Below, piece after piece: positions 35,378-45,700 of a DNA stretch of 64,000 nucleotides. The notes beneath the pieces are model-generated. The model did not search any database, was not told the origin of the DNA, and saw only the letters and a list, made by a program, of their open reading frames with translations. Numbering within the stretch: the first letter of the stretch is position 1; each line of letters starts with the position of its first letter. A program made the position numbers and the translations under genes. The stretch is from Limisphaerales bacterium (GTDB lineage: Bacteria; Verrucomicrobiota; Verrucomicrobiia; Limisphaerales; JAYPXF01): contig JBLFYM010000010.1 in NCBI GenBank assembly GCA_047608975.1, forward strand, positions 12,745-76,744, written 5' to 3'.

Positions 35378-36298
35378 TCAGGCCTCCAATGGCCGAAATC
35401 GCACCTTCTGGTTCGGCCGACATTGGACCAGCCAGGAAATATCGCGTGGATCGATCATGCCCAATTTCGGGTACCCTCCAACGGTGGGGCCATCACGGAA
35501 GGTAACGATTGGCTGTCCGTTCCGGGGAATCTGAATGCTCCCAATCCGGACCGGCTCGCTGATCAATTCACCCGCGGATGATGCGGTCGAGCCGGTCAAA
35601 TCGATCGGTTCGCCAGTCAACCGATAGCCCACGCGATCGCTCTGCGAGGAGACCACCCATTCCTGCTCAAAGAAACTGGCGCGGGCCACCTCGTCGATCG
35701 CGTCCCACTGCGGACCCGGCCAGACGCGCAAGGCAGGTGGATTCAAATAGTCATGCTGTTCATCCCAGGAGGCACCCCGGGCACCGATGGAATCCGGCAT
35801 CACGAGGCGGCGATCAATGGACCGACGTAAGATCTGGCCGGCCTGAATCGGCTCACCGATTCCTGCCCGGACGGAGGCGCTGGAACTCCCGAACTTCTCC
35901 GGGCTGTCGAACCCACCCGCAATCGCGAGGTAGATCCAGACACCACTCCGGTTCGCCGGGAATACAACGGTACTCCCCACCATCATCTTCTCCGCATGCC
36001 AGACCGGGATGGTCGAACTCGCATCCGCTCCGGTCACCGCGAGCCAGCATTGCTGAAGCACGCGAAAACGTTGACCCTGCATCAACATCTCCAACACCGG
36101 CGCATCCGCGGGATTGTCGACCAGTACATTGGCCGCCCGGGCCGCGTGATCGTCCATCGCGCCGCCCATGGGAACGCCAAACTTTCGCCAGCCGATCCGG
36201 CCGCCATCCTGCACCGTCACACCCATGCCGGGGGCGAGCACTTCGAGCACACTGGGGTTGCCTGAATCTGTCATCCTTTTACCCATTCCTCCCCGCAT
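35378..36298 (-). CDS. pxpC: 5-oxoprolinase subunit C (biotin-dependent carboxyltransferase-like, KipA/AHS2)
   Basis: LEVLAPGMGVTVQDGGRIGWRKFGVPMGGAMD...VTGAD...GYPKLG shows the typical AHS2 layout. The ATG shares one nt with the pxpB stop. Confidence 0.85.
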   Translation of the reverse strand: MRGGMGKRMTDSGNPSVLEVLAPGMGVTVQDGGRIGWRKFGVPMGGAMDDHAARAANVLVDNPADAPVLEMLMQGQRFRVLQQCWLAVTGADASSTIPVWHAEKMMVGSTVVFPANRSGVWIYLAIAGGFDSPEKFGSSSASVRAGIGEPIQAGQILRRSIDRRLVMPDSIGARGASWDEQHDYLNPPALRVWPGPQWDAIDEVARASFFEQEWVVSSQSDRVGYRLTGEPIDLTGSTASSAGELISEPVRIGSIQIPRNGQPIVTFRDGPTVGGYPKLGMIDPRDISWLVQCRPNQKVRFRPLEA

Positions 36299-36975
36299 CA
36301 GTTCACCACGAACCGCACGCGGTCGCCGGCCTGAAGATAGAACTCTGTTTCCTCCGCCGGCGGATCAGGCTCGAAGAGCTTCACATCGGTCGAGCCGATC
36401 AGATTCCAGCCCCCCGGGTTCGGTATCGAATACACGCCCGTGTGTTCGCCACCGATCGCCACCGAACCGGCCGGCACAGTTGGGCGCGGACTTTCCAAAC
36501 GCGGCGTGTGCAGGCGCGCGTCCAACTCCCCCAAGTAGGGAAACCCGGGGGCGAATCCCAGCATGTAAACCTTGTAAATCGTGCCGCTGTGAAGCCTCAT
36601 CACTTCCTCTTTCGACAAACCAGTATGACTTGCGACCCGTTCCAGATCCTCTCCGTCATACCTTACCGGGATCTCCTTGATCGGGGCCGCCTTCAATTTG
36701 CGTTTGGCGACCTTCTCCAGTTGAGCGACCACCTGTTCGATCGGGCGATGGTGATGTTTGACATTCGGTTCGCCGAAAATCAGCAACACCGAGGTATAGG
36801 CGAGCACATACTCCCGCAGACCCTCGGGAGGATTTGATTCCAGTTCGAGGGCGATCGCCCGCCCTCGCTCGTAGGCTGCATCTCCGACTTCGTCAGAGAA
36901 ATACAGCAACCAGGCGTTAGGCCCATATGGGATGCACTTCACGTGCGGAGGATGAAAACCGGGGCCGCGATTCAC
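36298..36975 (-). CDS. pxpB: 5-oxoprolinase subunit B (KipI/AHS1)
   Basis: ...IPVRYDGEDLERVA...VYMLGFAPGFPYLGELD...PRPTVPAGSVAIGG is the AHS1 cyclophilin-like layout. Confidence 0.85.
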   Translation of the reverse strand: MNRGPGFHPPHVKCIPYGPNAWLLYFSDEVGDAAYERGRAIALELESNPPEGLREYVLAYTSVLLIFGEPNVKHHHRPIEQVVAQLEKVAKRKLKAAPIKEIPVRYDGEDLERVASHTGLSKEEVMRLHSGTIYKVYMLGFAPGFPYLGELDARLHTPRLESPRPTVPAGSVAIGGEHTGVYSIPNPGGWNLIGSTDVKLFEPDPPAEETEFYLQAGDRVRFVVN

Positions 36976-37081
36976 AAGCGCAATAGTGCCCGAGTTACAA
37001 ATTCACGCCCCCGGCCGCGGAAACTGTGGGGTTTCGACCGCCTAGTTGGAGACCTGGAAATTCCAAAATATTGTTCTCCAC

Positions 37082-37111
37082 AATTCCTTTGTCCCCCATT
37101 TCCCTGTCTCC
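37082..37111. repeat. Family-B intergenic repeat copy
   Basis: aattcctttgtcccccatttccctgtctcc is near-identical in its first 12 nt and similar overall to 8651-8676. Confidence 0.6.
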
Positions 37112-37173
37112 AATTCGGGTTCGGGAAAAATTGACTGTGGTACGCCCGCCCTTGCCGGTTATCGTCGCGCCAG

Positions 37174-38373
37174 ATGAGCAAGGGATTCGATTCCATTGAA
37201 TCGGTAATCGCCGACATTCGCCGTGGTCGCATGGTAATTGTCGTCGATGACGCCGATCGCGAGAACGAGGGCGACCTGGTGATGGCGGCCGAAAAGGTCA
37301 CTGCCCGATCGGTAAACTTCATGGCGAAGCACGGGCGCGGACTGATCTGCGTTCCGACCGCCGGCGACCGACTTCGGCAGTTGGGCATCGAACGTATGGT
37401 GACCCACAATCGCGAGACCTTTAAGACCGATTTCCAGGTGAGCGTGGATGCTGCGGAAGGAATCACCACCGGGATCAGCGCGGCGGATCGGGCCAAGACG
37501 ATTCAGGTTCTCGCTGAGCCGCGATCGTTTCCGGAGGATCTGGTGCAGCCCGGACACGTATTTCCGCTTCGGGCCAAGGCGGGCGGAGTGCTTCAACGAG
37601 CGGGTCATACGGAAGCTGCGGTGGATCTGGCCCGGCTCGCGGAGTGTCGGCCGGCCGGCGTGATCTGCGAGATCATGAAGGACGACGGCACCATGGCCCG
37701 TCTGCCGACGCTGAAACGATTCGCCACCAAGCACAAGCTGAAGATCTGTTCGATCGAAGAATTGATCAAATTCCGTCGGGATCGGGATCGGCTGATCGAA
37801 CGGATTGAAGTGGTCAAGATGCCGACGGACTACGGTGAGTTTAATCTGCACCTCTACCGGTCCACGATCGACGGGCAAAACCACATCGCGCTCGTCAAGG
37901 GCAAGGTGGACGGTCGCGCGCCGGTGCTGGTCCGCGTGCACAGCGAATGCCTGACCGGCGATGTATTCGGATCCCGACGTTGCGACTGCGGTCCGCAACT
38001 TCAGCAGGCCATGAAGCAGGTGGACGACGCCGGTGCCGGAGTGATTGTCTACATGCGGCAGGAAGGTCGCGGGATCGGTCTGCCGGCGAAGATCCAAGCC
38101 TACAAACTGCAGGAGGAAGGCCTGGATACCGTGGAAGCCAATCGCCGCCTGGGATACCCGATGGACCTGCGCGAATACGGATTGGGAGCCCAAATCCTGG
38201 TCGATCTGGGAATCAAGAAAATCAAACTGCTCACGAATAATCCGAAGAAGGTGGTGGGCCTGGAAGGTTATGGCCTGGAGATCGTCAAGCAGGTGCCGAT
38301 CAAGGTGAAACCCAATCCGCACAACAAGAAATATCTCAAGACCAAGAAGGAGAAGATGGGGCATCTCATCTGA
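37174..38373 (+). CDS. ribBA: Bifunctional 3,4-dihydroxy-2-butanone-4-phosphate synthase / GTP cyclohydrolase II
   Basis: DHBPS half VVDDADRENEGDLVMAAE...HTEAAVDLARLAG. GCH-II half VRVHSECLTGDVFGSRRCDCGPQL...YMRQEGRGIGL. 399 aa. Confidence 0.95.
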   Translation: MSKGFDSIESVIADIRRGRMVIVVDDADRENEGDLVMAAEKVTARSVNFMAKHGRGLICVPTAGDRLRQLGIERMVTHNRETFKTDFQVSVDAAEGITTGISAADRAKTIQVLAEPRSFPEDLVQPGHVFPLRAKAGGVLQRAGHTEAAVDLARLAECRPAGVICEIMKDDGTMARLPTLKRFATKHKLKICSIEELIKFRRDRDRLIERIEVVKMPTDYGEFNLHLYRSTIDGQNHIALVKGKVDGRAPVLVRVHSECLTGDVFGSRRCDCGPQLQQAMKQVDDAGAGVIVYMRQEGRGIGLPAKIQAYKLQEEGLDTVEANRRLGYPMDLREYGLGAQILVDLGIKKIKLLTNNPKKVVGLEGYGLEIVKQVPIKVKPNPHNKKYLKTKKEKMGHLI

Positions 38374-38410
38374 AGTTGCCGTTCTCCATTCTCGAACCAC
38401 CAAACCTGTC

Positions 38411-38887
38411 GTGCTGAAGCAGAACCTGAAATCACGCGCAAAGAAGAGCGGCGGCCGCTACGCCATCGTCGCCTCCAAGTATAACGCTCGCTACGTGAAC
38501 AGCATGCTGCGCGCGGCCAAACGCGAACTGACGGATGCGGGTGCGGAAGTGCAGGTGATTCGGGTACCCGGTGCCTATGAGATTCCGGTGGTCGTCGGTG
38601 AACTCGCGCGGCGGAACAACCCGGACACAGTCTTGTCCGGCATCATTTGCCTCGGTGTGATCATGCGCGGCGCCACCACCCACGCGCAGCATATCGGGGA
38701 CGCTGTAAGCGATGCGTTGGCCCAGGCTCAGGTGCTCTACGGCGTTCCGGTGATCCATGAAGTCCTGTTATTCGAAGATCACGAACAGGCCCGCGTCCGC
38801 TGTCTCAATACCGATTTCAACCGCGGAAATGAAGCCGCGCAAACCGCCCTTCAAATGGGACGGGTGATGAGGTCGTTGAAGGGTTGA
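38411..38887 (+). CDS. ribH: 6,7-dimethyl-8-ribityllumazine synthase
   Basis: RYAIVASKYNARYV, VPGAYEIPV, ICLGVIMRGATTHAQHI, NRGNEAA. GTG start. Confidence 0.9.
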   Translation: MLKQNLKSRAKKSGGRYAIVASKYNARYVNSMLRAAKRELTDAGAEVQVIRVPGAYEIPVVVGELARRNNPDTVLSGIICLGVIMRGATTHAQHIGDAVSDALAQAQVLYGVPVIHEVLLFEDHEQARVRCLNTDFNRGNEAAQTALQMGRVMRSLKG

Positions 38888-38956
38888 AGGGGGGGGGCTT
38901 AACTTTGCCCACACCACTCTCAGCGCGCATCCGTTGTTCTGTTCGTGGTGTTTTTG

Positions 38957-39085
38957 CTGGGCGGGACCGATCCCCTGGCGGCGATCATGGAGTTCGAACC
39001 GAAATCGAAAAATTTCGATCTCGTGCTCACAGATCTGTCCATGCCGAAACTCGCCGGAAACGAGTTGGCCCAACGGATTCCTTGA
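38957..39085 (+). pseudogene. Fragment of a response-regulator receiver domain (no start, truncated, frame-decayed tail)
   Basis: In the ribH frame, after TAA 38900: ...GGTDPLAAIMEFEPKSKNFDLVLTDLSMPKLAGNELAQRIP* matches the alpha2-beta3-alpha3 part of CheY-like receivers (DLVLTDxxMPxxxGxEL). The first ~40 aa and everything after alpha3 are missing or out of frame. Confidence 0.4.
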
Positions 39086-39191
39086 ACTGCCGACCGCAGC
39101 TTCCAACAAGATCATTCCCAAACGAACCACCAGGGGTGTCCCTCTGCCTTCGCCCTTGAACCGACATGCTGAATCCAGTTGACTCGGCCCC

Positions 39192-40763
39192 GTGCAAGGT
39201 TACCTCGCCATCGTGCTTCACGCACACCTGCCGTACGTGCGGCACCCCGAACATGACCGCTTTCTGGAGGAAAGCTGGTTGTTCCAGGCCATCACCGAAT
39301 GCTACCTGCCGCTGATCCGCGAGCTGGACGGCTGGCTCAGCGATGGCATGCAGACGCGCATGACGCTGACACTGACCCCGACCTTGTGCAGCATGCTCCG
39401 GGATCCGCTGTTGCAGGATCGCTACGTTCGGTATCTTGAGGGACTGATCTCCTTGGCAGAGAAAGAGATCAGCCGCACGCATTGGGACCGTCCTTATCGA
39501 GAACTGGCCTGGTACTATCACTGGCAGCTGACAAATCTCCGAAACACCTGGTTCTCGTATGGCCAGGATTTGGTCGTAGCGTTTCGAAAATTTCAGGAAC
39601 AGGGGCAGCTGGAAATCATCACCTGTGCCGCGACGCACGGATTACTGCCACTGCTCGGGCACGAACCTTCGGTCCGGGGCCAGATCCTCACCGCCTGCGA
39701 CCATTACACCGAATGCTTCGGCCGGGAACCCCGCGGCATCTGGCTGCCGGAATGCGCGTATGTCGAAGGCCTTGAAAAGCATCTTCAGGAAGCGAACCTC
39801 CGCTGGTTCATCATGGATACGCACGGACTGTTGCAGGCCCGACCCCGTCCGCAATACGGCGTGTTCGCGCCGATCTACACCCGCAACGGCATCGCCGCCT
39901 TTGCCCGTGATCTGGATTCCGCGCGCCAGGTCTGGAGCCGGGATGAAGGTTATCCGGGCGATCCCCGCTATCGTGATTTCTACCGCGATATCGGGCATGA
40001 CCTTGAGTTCGAATATGTGAAGCCGCATCTCCCCGCACCCGATGTGCGAGGTTTTACCGGCATCAAATACCACCGGATCACCGGGCACACCGCCGAAAAA
40101 AAACTCTACGATCGCGAACTCGCCACCGCCGCCGCCGCCGAGCATGCGCAGCATTTCCTGGATGCTCGCGTCGCGCAGGTGAAACACCTCGCCTCCATCC
40201 TCGATCGCCCCCCGCTGCTCGTTACTCCGTACGACGCGGAACTCTACGGTCATTGGTGGTATGAAGGTCCGCAATTCCTCAACTTCCTCGTCCGCAAGGC
40301 ACACTACGATCAGGACGTCATCCAGCTGATCACGCCCGGGGACTACCTCGAACGTCATCCGACCAACCAGATCGCGACGCCCAGTCCGTCCAGCTGGGGA
40401 GAAGAGGGATATTTCAAACTTTGGCTGAACGACAAGAACGCGTGGATCTATCCGCACCTGCAGGCGGCCCAGGAACGGATGACCAAACTCGCCCGCACCC
40501 ACACCAACCCCAATCCCCTACAGGCCCGGGCCCTCAAACAGGCCGCCCGCGAACTGCTGCTCGCACAGTCTTCGGATTGGCCCTTCATCCTCCGCACCGG
40601 CACGAGTCCCGAGTACGCCAAGCGCCGCGTGAAGGATCATCTGCTTCGGTTCATCGCGCTACACGAAATGCTCACCGACACCCGCATCGACGAAAACTGG
40701 CTCGCCGGCGTGGAAGCCCAGAATCCGATCTTCCCCAACATCGATCAGCGGCACTGGGCGTAA
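39192..40763 (+). CDS. GH57-family 1,4-alpha-glucan branching enzyme (with DUF1957-like C-terminal domain)
   Basis: GYLAIVLHAHLPYVRHPE, ECYLPLI, GIWLPECAY, TPYDAELYGHWWYEG and WIYPHL are colinear with Thermus/Thermococcus-type GH57 branching enzymes. GTG start. Confidence 0.85.
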   Translation: MQGYLAIVLHAHLPYVRHPEHDRFLEESWLFQAITECYLPLIRELDGWLSDGMQTRMTLTLTPTLCSMLRDPLLQDRYVRYLEGLISLAEKEISRTHWDRPYRELAWYYHWQLTNLRNTWFSYGQDLVVAFRKFQEQGQLEIITCAATHGLLPLLGHEPSVRGQILTACDHYTECFGREPRGIWLPECAYVEGLEKHLQEANLRWFIMDTHGLLQARPRPQYGVFAPIYTRNGIAAFARDLDSARQVWSRDEGYPGDPRYRDFYRDIGHDLEFEYVKPHLPAPDVRGFTGIKYHRITGHTAEKKLYDRELATAAAAEHAQHFLDARVAQVKHLASILDRPPLLVTPYDAELYGHWWYEGPQFLNFLVRKAHYDQDVIQLITPGDYLERHPTNQIATPSPSSWGEEGYFKLWLNDKNAWIYPHLQAAQERMTKLARTHTNPNPLQARALKQAARELLLAQSSDWPFILRTGTSPEYAKRRVKDHLLRFIALHEMLTDTRIDENWLAGVEAQNPIFPNIDQRHWA

Positions 40764-40871
40764 ACGAACGCGATCGTGTGCGCGCCGCACACATGCTGGT
40801 TGGCGCGAACTGGTGAGAGATCAGCGACTCAGTGACGGTTTGTAACAAAGCATAGCTCTGAACTCTTCGAG

Positions 40872-41168
40872 TCAATCCGTTGCTTCATTCGGAGTCCGCG
40901 CTGAGATCAATCCGATGATCCTTAAATCACGCCAAATCCACAAACAAGATACCCATCCAGCCAGAGTCAAGAGGGCGGTCTTAATGAACCGTTCGTAATT
41001 CTCATACGAAATGTAATCGACCAACCAATGGAAGTAGATTTGTGAAATGATGAGAAGCAGTCCAAAAGACGCGAATGCAGAGCTGTATAATAGACGCGTC
41101 TCCTTGGGCTAACCGTGGCTCAGCAAAATCCGCAACCAGCCAAAATACAGATAGTTCTGATGGTACAT
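40872..41168 (-). pseudogene. Small (98-codon) predicted 3-TM membrane protein ORF interrupted by an in-frame TAG at codon 20
   Basis: My translation: MYHQNYLYFGWLRILLSHG-TAG-PKETRLLYSSAFASFGLLLIISQIYFHWLVDYISYENYERFIKTALLTLAGWVSCLWIWRDLRIIGLISARTPNEATD. It lies in a visibly AT-richer gap. There is no ATG/GTG downstream of the TAG in frame. Confidence 0.3.
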
Positions 41169-41347
41169 GCAGGTCGCAAATACACCCAGGCCAGTGTCGG
41201 AGACGCACATTTTCAGAGCTGCTTCCCGATTGCTGAAAGGTCTGCCGCGAATTAGGTCGCCGGGTGATTTATCAGCATTGCCCATCGTTGATCAGCGATC
41301 GCTCCGTCTGCAGAGGTGTTTCCGCGCCCGAGACTTCGCGACTCGGA

Positions 41348-42529
41348 CTAACGCCGCGGATTTTCATACCACACAACGTTGTTGCTGAAATGCCCCGCAA
41401 TGACGGTGTCCAAATCGCCGTCCTGGTCGATGTCCACCAGGCGCAGATCATAGCTTCCCTGATCTTTGCCGATCACATGCTTGGTGAATCTGCCCCGGCC
41501 ATCGTTCTCATACCAAGCCGCCACTCCGGTCACCTGATAGCCACAGGTGGCAGCATCGGGATCTCCATCCCCGTCGATATCGGCAATCGCCAGGCTGTGC
41601 GGAAATTCGATTTCTGTGTCGATGTCGATCAGTTCGAACTTCGGTCCTTTGAACCAGAGAACTCCTTTGCCATGTCCCCGCGTCGCGAAGAAATCCATTG
41701 ATCCGTCCCCGTTCAGATCAACCGGTTTGATGTTGGTTGCGCCGGGTTGCTTGTCCGCCAGGAGATGTTTCTTCCAGAACTCGGTCGGATTCTGCGGCTG
41801 CTCCCACCACGCGAACCATTCACCCCCGGGAAATTTCTCCCCACCTTTGGCAGCGAAGCTGATGTCCGGACGACCGTCACCGTTCACATCGCCAAATCCG
41901 GAGTAGTGCGAAGCACCGGGAGCGTCGCGATCAGCAAATACGTGGCGGATCCAATTGGTGGACGTGTGCGGTCGCTGGGGAATCCGCAGCCAGGTGAGCG
42001 AATCGTGGAACGGGGTCGTGCCTTCCGGTCGGCCCGAATTCGCGATCAGGTCCAACGTTCCATCGCGATCCACATCACCGGTGATAAGACAATGCGTACC
42101 CATGATCTTGTCATCCACGCTCCGGTATTTCCATTCGCCCTTCAGCGGATTACTCGGGCACTCCAACCAGAACACCAGGTTGTTCGAACCGATGTAGTCC
42201 TGATCCCCGTCGCCATCGACATCCAACAGGCATGCGTGAATGCAGCCGGGGCGCATTTTACGGCCGCTCACCTCTTTCTTAAATTCGTGAACCTTCACCC
42301 GCTTGCTGGCATCGAGGGCCGGATACAACCAGACCGCTCCACTGTGGGAACAGATCATGTCCAACTTTCCGTCGCGATTGAAGTCGGAGATGTTCACGTC
42401 GTTCACGTTCCCACGGACGCCACTCGCAGGTTGGATGATGTGCTTTTGCCATTCCGCCTGGGAACTCGGTGACGCAATCAGGGTGAGTAGCACAACAACG
42501 TGCGCAATTTGTTGGGCCGGTTTCAACAT
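41348..42529 (-). CDS. Secreted FG-GAP/VCBS repeat protein
   Basis: Signal peptide MLKPAQQIAHVVVLLTLIASPSSQA. Repeated DxDGDGxxD / DVNGDGRPD / DLNGDGSMD / DIDGDGDPD / DIDQDGDLD calcium-loop motifs of beta-propeller FG-GAP repeats. Confidence 0.8.
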   Translation of the reverse strand: MLKPAQQIAHVVVLLTLIASPSSQAEWQKHIIQPASGVRGNVNDVNISDFNRDGKLDMICSHSGAVWLYPALDASKRVKVHEFKKEVSGRKMRPGCIHACLLDVDGDGDQDYIGSNNLVFWLECPSNPLKGEWKYRSVDDKIMGTHCLITGDVDRDGTLDLIANSGRPEGTTPFHDSLTWLRIPQRPHTSTNWIRHVFADRDAPGASHYSGFGDVNGDGRPDISFAAKGGEKFPGGEWFAWWEQPQNPTEFWKKHLLADKQPGATNIKPVDLNGDGSMDFFATRGHGKGVLWFKGPKFELIDIDTEIEFPHSLAIADIDGDGDPDAATCGYQVTGVAAWYENDGRGRFTKHVIGKDQGSYDLRLVDIDQDGDLDTVIAGHFSNNVVWYENPRR

Positions 42530-42709
42530 GCCTGGGATGTGAACGAGTGGGGACCGAATTGGCAATCCTTCATTGCCTTCCTCATTCAATGGGGCACACC
42601 ACGCCGATCTGGCACGCCTAGCCGCCCCCCCGTGGGGCGATCCCCGGTTGACCAGTGAATAAGTCGGGCTTGTTCGTAAGCCTCTCCCACCGACACTCGG
42701 CTCAGGCTC

Positions 42710-45700
42710 ATGAAGAATCGGGGAATCAATCGATCGTTATTGTCGTCGCTGGCACTCACGTGTGTGGCGGCTCTTCTGGTCAGCTGTAACGGGCGGCGCG
42801 ACCCCTCGCGCGGCGTGGAACTGAAACTCTCCACTCAGGAGTTCCAGGCGGACAGCACGTTCGAGCTGCGCTTCGAAACCGACATGGTGCCGGCATCGGC
42901 GATCGGTGGTCAGGCGATGACTTCGCCGCTGGTGATCGAACCGATGTTGAAAGGAGGCTTCACGTGGCTGAGCCCGCGGAGCGGTGTGTTCACCCCGAGC
43001 GAGGCAACGCTCTTGGATACCGCCTATCATTTCCGCCTGAGCTCCGGCCTTCAGATCGCGGACGGACGCACCAGCAAGGCACGGCTTCAGAAGCAACTCC
43101 ACACGCCAGCCTTTGGAATCACAGATCTCCGCGCGAACTACAGTTCCACCAACAAGGTGCCGCCGATGCCAATCGTGTTGGCCGAATTCAATGCCTCCGT
43201 GAATCCCGCCGCCCTCTCAGAGAAATGCCAATTCAGCAACGGCCAGATCTCGATTGCGGCACAGGTCCGGGCACAAACCAATCGTTACAAACCCCATTCC
43301 CCGATGCGATGGGCAGTGAAATCAAACCCAAGGAGAAATGATACCCGAACTTGGAAAGAAACCTTCTCCCGCGCTCAACAAACGCGCCGCCGCTCAACCG
43401 TCGCCTCCCGCCAGGTGCCAGCCGAAACCCCAGCAACCCATCTGGTTTACCTCGAACCCGAGCGGCCGTTGCCCACTGGTCCCAAATGGACGCTGACCTT
43501 CGCCTCCGGTCTGCCCGCCAAATCGAATCACCTCCGCCTGAATCGCGAACGCACCGTGACGATCGGGACAGTCAGACTGATCGAAGTAACCGATGGCCGA
43601 CCCGTGAACACACTGGATCGCGGCAAATACATTGAGCTGCAACTCAGCGATTCGTTGGATTGGCAGCTGGCCGGGAACAATCTCAAAAATCTGATCCAAG
43701 TCGTTCCTCCAGTTGAAAATATGCACCTCGAGCAGGCCTGGCGGCAGATCCGTATATTCGGCGACTTCGCTACGGCCGCTTCTGCTGTCGATCGACATTT
43801 CCCGCCAAAACCGTGCGTCGATCGCTATCAGCTGTCCCTGCGCACGCCGGGTTCCCGGAAGCTGATCGCAAACTACCACGGCACCTTCAAGTTTGAGCCG
43901 CTGACTCCGCACGCTCGATTTCCCGCTCGCAGCATCTCGCAGTCTTACCGCGGGCAAGGCCGTTTCCGCATGCTCACGGTAAACGCGTCGCATGTGGCCA
44001 TCCGTGCCAAACGCATGTCACCCGAGACGCTCATTCACACCTTGCGCGGCTATCGGGATACCTATGGCCGCCGGACCGGGTCCAGCCAGGGGAAGCTGGT
44101 GCCCTTTAACCTCGTCCCCGGCATTGAAATCGCAAGCCGCAGATTGAAGGCGGGTGGCTTTTTGGATGAAGCGGTCGAACTCGGGCTGAACCTGCACGAA
44201 TTGCTCAATGAAAAACCGGGACCCGTCTTCCTGGAAGCCACGGCGTCACCACAAAGGGGCCCGACGCAGCGAACCCAGTCCGTGCTGCAGTTCACCGATC
44301 TCGGAATGATCTGGAAACGGCATTCGGGAGGAATCGAGGTGTTTGTATTTTCACATCACAGCGGCAAACCCGTTTCCGGTGCCGAAGTCAGCGTCATGGA
44401 TGATGACAATCAGCTGCTCCAAAAGACCCGCTGCGATCGGCAGGGAATCGCGCGAATTGCCAACGACGAGATTGGCTCACTGGGAACTTCAACCAAGCCC
44501 GCCCGCTGGCTTCTCGCGCAGCACGGAGCAGACATGCACGCCCAGGAGTTGCGTCAAAACGCCCTGTCGCGATACGGCTTCAACATTCCAATCAGCTGGG
44601 GCATCGGCCGCGACGCGACGCCCCGTGTTTCTGTCTTCAGTGATCGGAACGCATATCGCCCCGGCGAACAGATCCGCGTCAAGGCGATTGGCAGACTGGT
44701 CGGAACGAAGATCAGTCCGTGGCCGTTGGACAAGTATTCGCGCGAGGCAAAATTCCACCTCTTCGACCCACGCGATCAACTCTGGCGCAGTGGCACTGTG
44801 CCGGTCAGCAAACTCGGATCGGCGGATTGGCAGGTGACGCTGCCCGAGGATCGGCCCGGTCGTTACCGACTGCGGTTGAATATGGGCCAGGCCGGGGTGA
44901 CCAAAATCATCCATGTCCAGGAATTCAAGCCGGACGCCTTTGAGGTCAAGTTGATCAATCTTCAGGTTGGGCATGTCGGCGACCCGCTGTCCATGGATCT
45001 GAACGCGGCCTACTACCTCGGCAAAGCGCTCTCGAACGCCAAGGTTCAGTGGACCGCCACGGCCAACGAGTTTTTGCCCAGGCACGGAGACCTACCCTCA
45101 TTTGTCTTCGGTTCGGCCGTGCGTGATCAACGGCTGCGACCAACCACACAAACCCACAACCAGGTCGGGCAAGGCGTTTACTCATCCGACACAAACTTTG
45201 TCATCGCGCCCACTTTCAACCACCGCCAAGCCTCACCTTATCCACGTCGGATGAACATCAGGGCGAACCTGACCGATCAGAACCAACAGACAGTCTCCGC
45301 CGAGACGCGCTTCGTTGAACACAGTTCGGAGTTTTATCTCGGTGTGGAGCGGACCGCCCATGTCCTGCCCGTTGGCTCCCGGTTGCACCCGCGAATTGTG
45401 GCAATGAATTCACAATCGCAACCCCTCACCAACCGGCAAGACGTGACCGTGAAACTTCACTCTGTGAAATGGCATACCGTCCGGGTCCAAGGCACGGGCA
45501 ACACGCGAACCTATCGCAACGAGTTCAAACTGACCGAACTGCTCAACACCAACGTCCAGACGCAGATCCCCTATCAGGAAGGTATCAAATGGCAGGTTCC
45601 GGAATCCGAAAGCTCATTGATGGTCTTCGAGAAGTCGGGGCAGTTCCTCCTCGAAGTGAGCGCGAAAGACAGTGCCGGACGCGAAGTGCTTGCCGCCTAC

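Noticed and set aside
36976-37173. Expected FMN riboswitch upstream of ribBA.
   Set aside because: I read the 198-nt leader on the plus strand and found none of the conserved FMN-element strings I remember. Only a family-B repeat copy is present. An Infernal scan would be decisive.
38889-38897. G9 tract acting as a phase-variation switch for the downstream receiver fragment.
   Set aside because: Shifting the tract by +1 or -1 does not create an open frame into the fragment, because a TAA at 38900 blocks the required frame. The fragment also lacks its N-terminal third.
40776-40792. Hairpin gtgtgcg-cgc-cgcacac after the GH57 gene as an intrinsic terminator.
   Set aside because: The stem is only 7 bp, the loop is 3 nt and no T-tract follows, which is too weak to call.
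41002-41208. Track ORF of 68 aa on the minus strand.
   Set aside because: Its translation has no membrane or globular character. A different frame over the same DNA gives a far more protein-like, though TAG-interrupted, 3-TM product.
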